Assembly (NCBI GenBank): GCA_930990125.1
Contig: CAKNOI010000002.1
Coordinates: 16,328 to 80,327 of the forward strand
DNA length: 64,000 bases
Direction of reading: 5' to 3'
Source of the DNA: an uncultured Clostridiaceae bacterium
GTDB lineage: Bacteria > Bacillota > Clostridia > TANB77 > CAG-508
The notes under the pieces: model-generated
Seen by the model: only the letters and a program-made list of their open reading frames with translations
Database searches by the model: none
What the model was told of the DNA's origin: nothing
Part shown: positions 21,323 through 32,400 of the stretch, in pieces
How positions within the stretch are numbered: position 1 is the stretch's first letter
How the letters are laid out: the number at the start of each line of letters is the position of its first letter
Position numbers and translations under genes: made by a program

Positions 21323-22240
21323 TTATTTCCGATATTTCGATGACAAAGGACTAGAATATCTTCTATATGTTTTTTTTCGATTCCTTGCGTTGTTCCGAAA
21401 TAGTAAATAAATTGCGTATAAAATTAGCTGTTTTTGCCAAAATTCTTCTAAGTTATTAAATTTTTTTAAATCCAAAATCACTTCTACTTCATTTTCTTGT
21501 TTTATTACTATTTCCTGTGCTAGTTTAACAGTTTCCTTTTGAATACAATTCGTTTCTTCTTTAGCTAATTCTCCTAGTCTGTTTAATGTTTCTATAATAT
21601 TAGGATTATATTCTTTCTTTACATAAGGAATTACAATATTTCTTATTTTATTTCTTGCATAAATATTTTGGTCGTTGGAAGAATCTATTTTGGGTTCTAA
21701 ATGGTGTTCCATGCAGTACTGTTCGATTTCTTCCCTGGTACATTCTAATAAAGGATGTATGTATCTTTCGTTACGGATAGGAGCAATTCCTCGTAATCCT
21801 GCAATCCCTGTTCCACGAAACAAATGTAATAAAATAGTTTCTGCATTGTCATTTGCCGTATGGGCAGTAGCGATTTTATTGGCACCTTCCTTTTTTGCAA
21901 TTTCCTCAAAAAAAGCATAACGGATTTTTCTACCTGCTTCTTCGGTGCCTATTTTTTCTTGTTTTGCTACTTCTTCTACCGAAATTTGTTTTACATAACA
22001 TATAATATGTTCCCTTTCGCAATAGTTTTTTACATAGTTTTCTTCTTCTATTGCTTCTGGTCTTAACATATGATTAACATGGCATACTACTATTTTTATT
22101 TCTAATTTTTCTTGCATTCTAGTTAGTACATGCAAAAGAGTTATAGAATCTGGTCCACCAGAAACTCCTATAACTATAGTATCGCCATATTTTATTAATT
22201 CATTCTTAAAAATGGTATTTAATACTTTTTCTTGTAACAT
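21323..22240 (-). CDS. tilS: tRNA(Ile)-lysidine synthetase (short form)
   Basis: PP-loop SGGPDS in VIGVSGGPDSITLL; conserved position upstream of ftsH. Confidence 0.8.
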   Translation of the reverse strand: MLQEKVLNTIFKNELIKYGDTIVIGVSGGPDSITLLHVLTRMQEKLEIKIVVCHVNHMLRPEAIEEENYVKNYCEREHIICYVKQISVEEVAKQEKIGTEEAGRKIRYAFFEEIAKKEGANKIATAHTANDNAETILLHLFRGTGIAGLRGIAPIRNERYIHPLLECTREEIEQYCMEHHLEPKIDSSNDQNIYARNKIRNIVIPYVKKEYNPNIIETLNRLGELAKEETNCIQKETVKLAQEIVIKQENEVEVILDLKKFNNLEEFWQKQLILYAIYLLFRNNARNRKKTYRRYSSPLSSKYRK

Positions 22241-22251
22241 TCTTTCCTCTT

Positions 22252-23586
22252 TTATCCTTCACGATAACGGTCAATATTGGCAAATTTTGTATAATTAGAA
22301 AGCCATAATAATTCTACCGTTCCTACGGAACCAGAACGATGCTTTGCAATAATTACTTCTGCTATATTTTTCTTTTCCGTTTCTTCGTTATAATAATCAT
22401 CACGATATAAAAACATAACAATATCCGCGTCTTGCTCAATGGCTCCAGATTCACGAAGGTCAGAAAGCATTGGTCTATGGTCTGGTCTTTGTTCTGGCGC
22501 TCTAGATAACTGTGATAGCGCAATAACGGGTACATTTAATTCTTTTGCTAAAATTTTTAAAGATCTACTAATTTCAGATATCTCTTGTTCACGGCTTCCT
22601 GCACGTTTTGAATTTCCTGCAATTAACTGCAAATAGTCGATAACAACTAATCCAATGTTTTTTTCCATTTTTAGTTTTCTGCATTTTGCACGGATTTCTG
22701 TCATAGAAATTCCTGGTGTATCATCAATAAAAATAGGAGCCTCGGATAAAATTCCTGTTGCCTCTGCTATTTTGGCCCAGTCTTCGTCTTCTATTTTTCC
22801 GGTTCTTATTTTATTAGAATCTACCATTGCTTCACTTGCTAAAATTCTGTTTACCATTTGCTCTTTAGACATTTCCAAACTAAAAATAACTACAGGAACG
22901 TTTGCTTTTACTGCTGCATAAGATGCAATATTTAGTGCAAATGCAGATTTTCCCATAGCAGGTCTTGCTGCAATTAAGATTAAGTCTGAGTTGTGTAAAC
23001 CTGCTGTTTTATAATCCAAATCGGCAAATCCTGTTGGAACACCAGTAATATGCTGTTTTTGATTGTATAGTTGCTCTAATAGGGCAAAAGATTCTACTAA
23101 AATATCTTTTACAGCTGTATAGCCTTTTTGATTTTTACCTTGCACTAAGTTAAATATCTTTTTTTCTGCTGTATCTACTATATCTTCTACCTCTTGCATT
23201 GGGTCATATCCTAAAGCTTGTATTTCGTTTGCTGTTTTAATAAGACTACGTAACATGGATTTATCTTCTACAATTTTAATATATTTATCCGCATTGGTTG
23301 TAGTAGGAACTTTTTCTGGAAGTTCTGCCAAATATTCAATTCCTCCTACTTGCTCAAATTTACCAATCGATGTTAGCTCTGCTTTTAAGGTGATAATATC
23401 AATTGGTTCTGCACGATTATATAAATTTAAAATAGCCTCATAAATTGCCTTGTGGTCTTCACGGTAAAAATCTTCTACCTTTAGTACTTCTATGGCACTA
23501 GCTGCTGCATCTTGGTCTGTTAACATACTACCTAGTACAGCTTGTTCTGCTTCTGTATCATGCGGGGGTAATTTTCCTAATTCCAT
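22252..23586 (-). CDS. dnaB: Replicative DNA helicase DnaB
   Basis: Walker A ARPAMGKSAFALN and RecA-like C-terminal domain; N-terminal DnaB domain. Confidence 0.95.
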   Translation of the reverse strand: MELGKLPPHDTEAEQAVLGSMLTDQDAAASAIEVLKVEDFYREDHKAIYEAILNLYNRAEPIDIITLKAELTSIGKFEQVGGIEYLAELPEKVPTTTNADKYIKIVEDKSMLRSLIKTANEIQALGYDPMQEVEDIVDTAEKKIFNLVQGKNQKGYTAVKDILVESFALLEQLYNQKQHITGVPTGFADLDYKTAGLHNSDLILIAARPAMGKSAFALNIASYAAVKANVPVVIFSLEMSKEQMVNRILASEAMVDSNKIRTGKIEDEDWAKIAEATGILSEAPIFIDDTPGISMTEIRAKCRKLKMEKNIGLVVIDYLQLIAGNSKRAGSREQEISEISRSLKILAKELNVPVIALSQLSRAPEQRPDHRPMLSDLRESGAIEQDADIVMFLYRDDYYNEETEKKNIAEVIIAKHRSGSVGTVELLWLSNYTKFANIDRYREG

Positions 23587-23601
23587 CTTTTTTACTTCCT
23601 T

Positions 23602-24048
23602 TTATTCTTCTACTATTTTTACTTTTAAATTTGAGGTAATACCTTCATATAAACGGATTTCTACATCCTTTGTTCCTAGCATTTTAATCGTTTCTTTTAA
23701 AGCAATTTTCTTTTTATCTATTTCTATTCCGTATTTTGCTTTTAAATTTTCGCTAATTTCTTTTGCAGTAATACCGCCAAAAATCTTACCATTTTCCCCA
23801 GCTTTCACAGATAAAGTGAGGATAATATCTTTTAATTTGGCTGCTATGTTTTTTGCTTCTTGCTTTTCTAATTCTTTCTTATGTTCCATAGAAGATTGTT
23901 TTCCTTTTAGTTTGCTCATATTTTCTGCATTTGCTTCTACTGCAAGTCCTTTTGGGAATAAATAATTTCTTGCGTATCCGTCAGATGCCTCCAATATTTG
24001 GTCTTTTTTCCCAACCCCTTTTATATCTTGCTTTAGTATTACTTTCAT
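23602..24048 (-). CDS. rplI: 50S ribosomal protein L9
   Basis: MKVILKQDIKGVGKKDQILEASDGYARNYLFPKGLA is the canonical L9 N-terminus. Confidence 0.95.
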   Translation of the reverse strand: MKVILKQDIKGVGKKDQILEASDGYARNYLFPKGLAVEANAENMSKLKGKQSSMEHKKELEKQEAKNIAAKLKDIILTLSVKAGENGKIFGGITAKEISENLKAKYGIEIDKKKIALKETIKMLGTKDVEIRLYEGITSNLKVKIVEE

Positions 24049-24363
24049 ATTTCCTTCCTCCTTTATCTTTTTACCCTTATAGTGTACCGCAAAATCCAGA
24101 TTTTTTCAATAGAAAATCAAATGATAAATAATTATCCTTTGTAATAATCTTATTTTTAATGTTTTATTTATGTATAAACTTTGTTTAGTATCAACATTTA
24201 ATTTATAATTCATCCATTATATACCAGCTCTTTAATTTCTCTGATACATGTAATGAATAGTATTTTACTTTTCTTTGTAAAAATTTAACAATAATCCTTG
24301 ACTTATTGTTGATCACACTATATACTGTTGTGGCATGGGGTTAACAATTAGGAGGAGATTTCC

Positions 24364-24825
24364 ATGAGAAAACTTTTGGCATTATTCTTAACTCTAGCAA
24401 TGACATTTGCTATCAGCACTTCTGCTTTTGCAGTAGAAATCACATCAGATTCTACTTCCAATTCTAGCGAAGTTGCAGCAATTGAACCACGTATCGGATA
24501 TGCCGGTCACGTTTCCCATTATCATAATGGTTCAAGCATTCACGGAACTTTTACGATGAATGTAAATACTGTTTTCCTACCCATGAATCAGTGGACTCTG
24601 AAAACCAGTGGCTTTAGCTCTGGTACTACTATTGTAGCAGATATCCTTGATCCTAATGGAAGACAAGTGAATCAATCCTCTATTGTGATTACCGGAAATA
24701 ATGAGCGAGAAAATCAACCTCTCGTTCCTAACGCTATTATGAATGGAACTTACACCATAAGATATGATGTTTGGACCAGTCTTTACGATAGTGAACCCGG
24801 TACTCTTGAAGTTTGGATTTATTAA
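24364..24825 (+). CDS. Secreted hypothetical protein (signal peptide, about 130-aa mature)
   Basis: AGGAGGAG RBS. Signal peptide MRKLLALFLTLAMTFAISTSAFA with an AFA-V cleavage site. No recognisable domain. Confidence 0.6.
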   Translation: MRKLLALFLTLAMTFAISTSAFAVEITSDSTSNSSEVAAIEPRIGYAGHVSHYHNGSSIHGTFTMNVNTVFLPMNQWTLKTSGFSSGTTIVADILDPNGRQVNQSSIVITGNNERENQPLVPNAIMNGTYTIRYDVWTSLYDSEPGTLEVWIY

Positions 24826-24896
24826 TTCATTCTATCAAATGTAATATCATTTAAAATCTTCTCCATGTCACAAAAGAAGCTCCTATATTTAGGAGT

Positions 24897-24936
24897 CTAA
24901 ACAAAAGCTCCAAGTTCTATAGACTTGGAGCTTTTT
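24897..24936. terminator. Bidirectional rho-independent terminator
   Basis: aaagctccaagt ctatag acttggagcttttt hairpin with flanking T-run, between convergent genes. Confidence 0.7.
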
Positions 24937-24938
24937 AT

Positions 24939-25619
24939 TTATTCATGCATCATTGCACCTGTTGTATCTGGCTTTACAATATCTGTATCTTTTACCTCAT
25001 TAAATATAAATTCAAAATCTGTTACTTGGTCTGATTCTATCGTTCTAACTACCAAACCAGTTTCTTTATCTAGATATCTTTGATAATTATCACCTTTTAT
25101 TACGTAACATTCTTTTCCTTTGCAATCAGCTGATTCTACATCTACTGAAAATGCATATTGTAAATTTGCCATAAATCCATTAGAAAGATATGTAAGCGGT
25201 AGGATATTTCCTCCTACAATTGTATTAGCATCTAATATGTATTTTTTTCCATCTGTTTCTAGTAAAGATATTCTCTCGTCTCCTTTTTGATAAGAAACTA
25301 TTTTTCTAATCTCTTTACTGTCTGAAAACCATGTGTGTGTTGTTAAATAATCATTTCCCAAATGATAAGATTCTGTAGTAATAAAGGTGTCACCCATATA
25401 GGTATATTGCTTTGTATAATAGTTCATTGTTTTTTTGCTTTCTTCTGCTTTATTAGAAAGTGAATTCATAATGCTAGCTTTCCATATTAGAATTGCTACA
25501 TAAATAAGTATAATTACTAATAAAACCAATCCTATTATTTTCAATATTTTGTTACGTTTTTTTGTAGCTCTTACCGTATTTTTCTCCTCTACCTTTACAT
25601 TGTTTTTTACTTCCTCCAT
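24939..25619 (-). CDS. Single-TM membrane-anchored protein, paralog family member 1 (KGKECYVIKG / DKETGLVVR motifs)
   Basis: One TM (ILKIIGLVLLVIILIYVAILIW) and a roughly 170-aa ectodomain. About 60% identical to 27930..28634. Preferred start MEEVKNN has the RBS AGGAGGGATTTTTATG. Confidence 0.65.
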   Translation of the reverse strand: MEEVKNNVKVEEKNTVRATKKRNKILKIIGLVLLVIILIYVAILIWKASIMNSLSNKAEESKKTMNYYTKQYTYMGDTFITTESYHLGNDYLTTHTWFSDSKEIRKIVSYQKGDERISLLETDGKKYILDANTIVGGNILPLTYLSNGFMANLQYAFSVDVESADCKGKECYVIKGDNYQRYLDKETGLVVRTIESDQVTDFEFIFNEVKDTDIVKPDTTGAMMHE

Positions 25620-25727
25620 AAAAATCCCTCCTATCTTTTTCTTATGCATATAGTAAATATATCTTTATTATACACCATTTTCCAAGATTTTACAAGTGGT
25701 TTGTTTTATTTACAAAAATAGCAGGTT

Positions 25728-27740
25728 CTAGCCTGCTATTTCGCTAAAGTATTCATTAATTCGATTGATTAGTTCTTGTTTGGTGTCTTCAATGGTCATT
25801 CCTTCTACTTGTGCTCCTGCAAGGGTGATATGACCTCCTCCTCCTAGTTTTTCTAGGATAATTTGTACGTTAATGTCTCCTATAGACCTACCACTAATAC
25901 ACACTTTATCTCCTAGTTTTCCAATAACAAAAGATGCCGTAATATTGTTAATTTCTAGGAGTTCGTCTGCTGCTTTGGCACAAATTAGATTTGCATTTTT
26001 ATCTTCTACATCATAAACAGAAATTCCTATTTTTTCATAAATAATTTCTGCATTTTTTACAATATCGGAAATAACGCGATAGCTATCTAAGTCGCTTTGG
26101 AACCATTTTTTTACACGGATAATATCTACGCCACATTTTCTTAAATAGGCTGCTGCTTCAAATGTTCTAACACCCGTTTTAAAAGTAAAGCTTTTGGTAT
26201 CTACTACAATTCCAGCATAAAGAGCTTCTACTTCTAATTCGGTAAGTGGTACTTCTGTTTCGGCATATTGTAAAATCTCAGTTACTAATTCTGATGCTGA
26301 AGAAGCATATACTTCATGAAAGGTAAGAAGTGCTGTATCAATATAATCGGTACTTCTTCTATGGTGGTCAATTACTACAATTCTGTTTGTTTTTTCTAAG
26401 AGTTCTGGGACATCTACATATCCTTTTTTATGAGTATCGGTAACAATAAGCAGTGTTTCTGGAGAAATTTTAGAAAGAGCCTCTGCCTTGTTTAAAACTA
26501 CTCCTGCATATTCTTCTTTTTCTTTTACTTTATCTAAAAAATCTTGAATGGATGCACCATAGTTTTCGGCAACTACATAAGCATCTTTTCCTAATGTTTT
26601 TGCTAATCGATATAACCCAAAACTAGAACCAATGGAGTCCATATCTCCATTCATATGTCCCATAATGATAATATCTTTGGTCTCTTGCATTAATTCTTCT
26701 AAGGCATGTGCTACAATTCTTGCTTTTACTTTTGTCCTTTTTTCTACCTCTTGAGCTCTTCCTCCAAAGAAAGAATATTTTCCATCTTGTTTTACAATGG
26801 CTTGGTCTCCTCCACGTCCTAATGCAATATCAATAATAGCACTAGCAGATTTATATTTTTCGTAATAGGTATCTCCTTCATTCGAAATAGCTATACTTAA
26901 TGTTGCCTGCATTTTTTCAGGGATATTAATTTCTTTTACTTCATCTAAAATGTTAAATTTAGACTCTTCTAGCATTTCCATATATTGTTTTTCTAATATA
27001 TATACAAACGTATCACGCTCGGATTTAACCACTAATCCACCTGTTTTGGATGCCCAATCATAAATTTCTTTTTCTATTTTAGCCATAATCTGTGGTCTAT
27101 CTTCTGCTTCAATTCTTTGCACTAATTCTTCGTAATTATCAATCATGATAATTCCCACACAAAGTTTTTCTGCCTGATATTTTTTTCTTAATTCTACTTG
27201 TTCTGTCTCTTCTAAAAAATAAAGAGTAGTCATGTATTCTTCACTGTTTTTCTTTTCTTTTGACTTAACATATTCTCCTAAAATATGATAGTCTTTTTCT
27301 CCGATTTTTATTTCTTTTTCAATGGATCTATCTTTTTTATCTGGATTATTTTCAATATGCAATTTCATTTCTTTTAAGATATTATTTAAGTAATTAGAAA
27401 TATCAATTGTAGAAAATTCATCTACAAACTTTTTACTTTTCCAAATAATATTTCCATCTGTTTCTACAATAATAAGAGCAAATGGGGAATTAATAAGAGT
27501 ACTTTTAGCAGCAGAATCTACTGTATAGGTTAATTCTTCAATATGCTTTGAAATCTCTGCTTTTCTCTTTCCATTGGTCCAATAGGCATACATACTAATA
27601 AGGATAAAAAGGAGAATGGAAGGGGTAATAAAATTGGGCTCATAAAAGCATAATGCTATTAACAAAACAGCAATAATAACTAGATATATTTTTGTTTTCG
27701 AAACTAATGTTTGAAAAACCTTTTTACTTGTATTTGGCAT
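25728..27740 (-). CDS. gdpP: Cyclic-di-AMP phosphodiesterase GdpP (2TM-PAS-degenerate GGDEF-DHH/DHHA1)
   Basis: Two N-terminal TMs. DHH motif in IIIMGHMNGDMDSIGSS and VIDHH; DHHA1 GGGGH. The gdpP-rplI-dnaB synteny is conserved in Firmicutes. Confidence 0.9.
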   Translation of the reverse strand: MPNTSKKVFQTLVSKTKIYLVIIAVLLIALCFYEPNFITPSILLFILISMYAYWTNGKRKAEISKHIEELTYTVDSAAKSTLINSPFALIIVETDGNIIWKSKKFVDEFSTIDISNYLNNILKEMKLHIENNPDKKDRSIEKEIKIGEKDYHILGEYVKSKEKKNSEEYMTTLYFLEETEQVELRKKYQAEKLCVGIIMIDNYEELVQRIEAEDRPQIMAKIEKEIYDWASKTGGLVVKSERDTFVYILEKQYMEMLEESKFNILDEVKEINIPEKMQATLSIAISNEGDTYYEKYKSASAIIDIALGRGGDQAIVKQDGKYSFFGGRAQEVEKRTKVKARIVAHALEELMQETKDIIIMGHMNGDMDSIGSSFGLYRLAKTLGKDAYVVAENYGASIQDFLDKVKEKEEYAGVVLNKAEALSKISPETLLIVTDTHKKGYVDVPELLEKTNRIVVIDHHRRSTDYIDTALLTFHEVYASSASELVTEILQYAETEVPLTELEVEALYAGIVVDTKSFTFKTGVRTFEAAAYLRKCGVDIIRVKKWFQSDLDSYRVISDIVKNAEIIYEKIGISVYDVEDKNANLICAKAADELLEINNITASFVIGKLGDKVCISGRSIGDINVQIILEKLGGGGHITLAGAQVEGMTIEDTKQELINRINEYFSEIAG

Positions 27741-27929
27741 AATTTTCTCCCTTTAACATAATATATACATTTTACAGCGATTAGGAGCATTTGTCAAGGG
27801 CTGTAGACCGTTGTAAAAGCTCTATTAATCTTATACTACTAATAAATGATAGTCGTTATAACAAATTAATAGAGCTTTTCTATAACATATCATACGATAG
27901 CTATTTACTATTTTACATTATTCTATACT

Positions 27930-28634
27930 TTATTTATTTTGTACATACATTATGGCATCTGTTGTATCTGGTTTTACAATATCCGTATCTTTTACTACAT
28001 CAAATGTAATTGTAAAGTCTTTTATTTGGTCTTCTTCTATTTCTCTTACTGCTAAACCTGTTTCTTTGTCTACATATCTTTCGTATCCGTCACCTTTTAT
28101 TACATAACATTCTTTTCCTTTGCAGTTGGCAGGTTCTACTCCTACTAATATTGCATATTGCAAGTTTGCTATAAATCCGTCTGAAACATAAGTAACTGGT
28201 AAAATGTTTTCTCCTACTACTGTATTAGCATCTAAAATGTATTTTCTTCCTTTTGTTTCCAAGATAGATATTTTTTCTTCTCCTTTTCGATAGGAAATTA
28301 TTTTTTCCATATCTTTATCATCCGAATACCATGTATGTATTGTTAAATAGTCATTTTCTAAATGATAAGATTCTGTTATCACAAAAGTATCTTCCAAATA
28401 ATTATATTGTTTTACATAATAATTTGTTGCTACTTGTTTTTCTTTTGCTTTTTCGGAAAGTAATGTCATAATGATTGCTCTTCTCATAATGATTATTACA
28501 TAAATAAGTAATATTGCTAACAAGATAAATACTAAGATTTTTATTGTTTTGCTATGTTTTTGGGTAAAAGTATTTGTTTTCTCTTTCTTTTCTACTTTTT
28601 TTACATTGTTTTTTTGGTTTTCTAGCTCTTTCAT
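27930..28634 (-). CDS. Single-TM membrane-anchored protein, paralog family member 2
   Basis: Same architecture and motifs as 24939..25619 (YILDANTVVGENILP, CKGKECYVIKGDGYERYVDKETGLAVR). RBS AAAGGGGGGATTTTTATG. Confidence 0.65.
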   Translation of the reverse strand: MKELENQKNNVKKVEKKEKTNTFTQKHSKTIKILVFILLAILLIYVIIIMRRAIIMTLLSEKAKEKQVATNYYVKQYNYLEDTFVITESYHLENDYLTIHTWYSDDKDMEKIISYRKGEEKISILETKGRKYILDANTVVGENILPVTYVSDGFIANLQYAILVGVEPANCKGKECYVIKGDGYERYVDKETGLAVREIEEDQIKDFTITFDVVKDTDIVKPDTTDAIMYVQNK

Positions 28635-28669
28635 AAAAATCCCCCCTTTGTTTTATCTCTCATTTTCTA

Positions 28670-29299
28670 TTAATTCTCTTTAATCTCATATTCCTCTAAT
28701 AAAGGTCTAGCTACCATTTCTTCTGTTACTTCATTTAACTTCCATTCGGTAAAATCAATACTATTTTCTCCAATGATGCATCTTGCAAGTTTTCCTGTTT
28801 CTTTGTCAAAATAATAGGTATTGCTTACAACTCCTCGAGAAGGTTGTAATTTATAACATTCTTTTCCATTCACTTCTTCTGTTGTTATTGTGTAAGAAAA
28901 AGAATTTTTCATTTTGTCTGTCCAATTATCGGAAACGAGACTAGATATAGAATCAATTGGTTGTGTTTCTTTTTCTTCTATTTTGCCCGTATGGGCGATG
29001 TTACTATCTGGAAAAATTTCTATTTTTTCTTTAGAAACTTCATCAGCCCATATCTCTCTTACTATTTTTTCTTTGTTTTTCCATCTTTCTATATATTTTC
29101 CATCCTTATAGAAATATTCTACTACTTGGTCACTGTCAAAATAAGCGATATACGAATAATTCGGAGAAGAAAAGAAATCATGATATGCATTTGTTAATTT
29201 TTGTATAATACTAACGTTTCGCATAAAGTAAAGAAGTACTACTAATAGGAGTAGTATTATAATAAGAACTATTACTTTTACTATGTTTCCTTTTTTCAT
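28670..29299 (-). CDS. Single-TM membrane-anchored protein, divergent paralog family member 3
   Basis: One TM and an ectodomain with NGKECYKL...YYFDKETGKLAR. Preferred start MKKGNIVKV with RBS AAGGGGGAATTTTTATG (same RBS motif as the two paralogs). Confidence 0.55.
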   Translation of the reverse strand: MKKGNIVKVIVLIIILLLLVVLLYFMRNVSIIQKLTNAYHDFFSSPNYSYIAYFDSDQVVEYFYKDGKYIERWKNKEKIVREIWADEVSKEKIEIFPDSNIAHTGKIEEKETQPIDSISSLVSDNWTDKMKNSFSYTITTEEVNGKECYKLQPSRGVVSNTYYFDKETGKLARCIIGENSIDFTEWKLNEVTEEMVARPLLEEYEIKEN

Positions 29300-29460
29300 A
29301 AAAATTCCCCCTTTTCCTTCTTTTACTTTATTGTAACATAAATTTCTTTCTTTTTCAAATTTCCTTTTATACATTATGCAAAATCCCCAAAATGCTAAAC
29401 ATTTTTTGTTTAGATTTTGGGGATTTTTTGTTTACCCTAGTTAGGGTTTTGGTCTAGGTT

Positions 29461-32400
29461 TTATCTTTGTTTTGTTTTAGTACGGTAGTGTACTATTATT
29501 ACTACTGCTGTACTTAATACCAGAATTGCAATTACAATATAGGTAATGTGATTTTCAAAGATACCTGGTGAGATAGCAATTAAAAGTTCTGCTTGTGCTG
29601 TGTCGTTATTTGGTTTGCTATCTGGATATTGGGCTTCGTTGTTTACGTCTTGGATAAATACTTGGTTAATTTGTTCTCCAATATTTGCTTCTCCTTGTTT
29701 CCAATGTAATACAAATTCTAATTCTTTGTATTCTCCTGGATTTAGGGTTACCTCTGCTAGGCTATCATTGATAATATATCCTGTTACCTCGTCTTGTATC
29801 CATCCTGGGTTTTCTTCTGGATTCCAATACATTCCTTCTGGAATACTTTCTATTACTTTTCCAACAGTACCTGCTATTTCACCTGTGTTACTTACACGAA
29901 TGCAATAGCTTACTTCGATGGTAGTTTGATTTGTTTTTTTCGCGTGAACATCACGTTTTACTATTTCTCCCTTAGATGCATAGGTGTTTTCTGCTTTTGT
30001 TTCTCCATCTACGGTTACAGATTGAATCCATTTATCTACTGTAATATCAAAAACTTGTTTCTGATAGTAGAATGTAACATCGATATTACCTTCTGTTAAT
30101 CTTCCTTTGCTGTTTTCTGGCTCTGGTAATACTGGGTTATAATATGGAATATCTTTTCTTTTTACTACATAGGTTTCTCCTACATAGCCTCCTTCTATTT
30201 GTTCTGTTGGTAATAGTTCTTCTCCTGTTTCTTTATCTACGTAGTGAACCGTAATTCCGCCTGCTGGTATTTTTTCAAATACTGCTACTACTTTTTTATT
30301 CTCTGTAACATTTTTGATTTGTTCTAAGGTAACTGTTCCATCTTCACGGACCGTAAAGTCTACTGGTACATCGTTAATGTATACGTTGCTTACCTTATAG
30401 CCGGTGCTTGGAATAATGATGATTTCTTTTTGAGAGTCTTCTCCGTGGTTTACTACTTCAAATGGTTTTTCTTCACTGCCTGTGATGCTTCCTCCTTCGC
30501 CTGCTTCTGTTGTGATTTCATAAGTTTTTATTCGATAATAGTAAATAACGGTTTGGCTATTTTCTCCTATTGTACCTTCTTTATTATCTGGCACTGTTAC
30601 TAGTTCGTATTTACTGTCTATATCTTTTGCTTCTGTAGTTTGGTAAGTTTCTCCTACTTTGCCTACTATTACAACATCTTCTGCTATTTTTTGTGTGGTT
30701 CCTTCTAGATAATAATGTACAAGGATACTTCCGTCTTGTTTGGTTACTACTGTTTGTGTATCTTCTTGGGTATCTGTTTGTTCTCCATTTTCTAGGAAGA
30801 TGGTTCCTTTTACCGTGTTACGAATAGAAGTTACTGTATCATCTGTAATAGAGTAATATACTTGTATTGCTTTATTCCATGTAATAGTTTGTACATTATC
30901 TCCTATAGCGTTTATATTTGATAATTCTTCTACCCAAGTAATAGTTTGTGCTTCTTTATCATAGGTTCCGCCTGCCAAGTTATTTTCTTTTGTCTCGTCT
31001 AGTGGATATGGTAAAGTATCTACAATAGTAAGTGTTCCATTTCCTTGATAATTGGTAACATTTGCTTGGTAAGTAATGGTGTAGGTAATAGCATCCGTTA
31101 CTTCTGTAATTTCTGCTGGTCCTTCTTTTTCTATCTTTGGATTTTGAATACTTTCTTTATTTAACGTATAGGTATTGGTAATTACGTTTCCATTAATTGA
31201 TTTTTGATAGAAGGTTAAGTCTCCTTTCTTTACTTCTTTTTCATCTGCTGTATAGTTTATGATGCTTCCATCTGTGTGATATTTTGGAAGACCAGTAAAG
31301 GTATATTTCCAATCGTTAGTTTCATCCACTTTTTGTTCTTGTACTACAGTATTTCCGTCTTTTACTTGTAAGTAAATAGCTTCTGGACGATTTCCATCTT
31401 GATTGTTATTGTCTTTCCAAATCTTGCTTACTTGTAATTCTGTAGTAAAGTTTTTGCTGGTTTCTGCTTTGTCTGTTACAGTTTGTGTTTCTTTTGTGGT
31501 GTCTAATGTAATGGTTGCCTTTGCAGTATTTACAAAAGAAGCATCTTCTTCTTTAATTTCTTTGTAGTATACTTCAATATTTTTGGTAATAGAAACTAGC
31601 ATACTTTCCTTTTGATAGGTATCAATATTTTCTATTGTTTGGGTCCAAGTAATTGTTTTTGTTTTTGCATCATAAGTTCCGCCATCTAGTTTATTTTCTT
31701 TTGTTTCATCTAATTCATATGGTAAGGTGTCTACAATAGTTACTTGTGCATTTCCTAAGTAATTTTCTATTGTTACATTGTATGCTATTTTATATGTTAA
31801 GCTTTCTGTTTCGTTTGCAATAACATCTGTTCCTGTTTTCTCTATTGTAGGATTTTTAATAGAAGTTTCTGAAAGTTTATATGTGTTTGTAATGATATTT
31901 CCATTTATTTGTTTGTCATATAATGTTAGGTCTCCTGCATTTACTTCACGCTCATCTACCGTATAGTTTATAATACTTCCGTCTGCATGATATTTTGGAA
32001 GTCCTGTAAAGGTATGTTTCCAGCCTTCCTTTTCTGTAACTAAGCTTTCTTGTACTACTTCATTTCCATTTTTTACTTGTAGATAAATAGATTCTGGACG
32101 ATTTCCGTCTGCATTTTCATTATCTACCCATGTTTTTACTACTTCTACCTCTGTTAGGAAGTTTTTGGTAGTTTCCCAAGTATCTTGTTTTGTATTAGTT
32201 TCCTTGGTTGTATCTAATTCTACTTTGCCAGTTACTTGGTTTACTATTTTTCCTTCTGCTGGACTAATATTTTGATAGTAAACAGTAATTGTTTTACTAA
32301 TATTTATTTCTTTTGTTTGACCAGCAAAGGTATCCATTTCTCCTAATTCCTCTACCCATGTAATGGTTTTGGTTTGTTTATCATAGTTGCCTCCTGCTAA

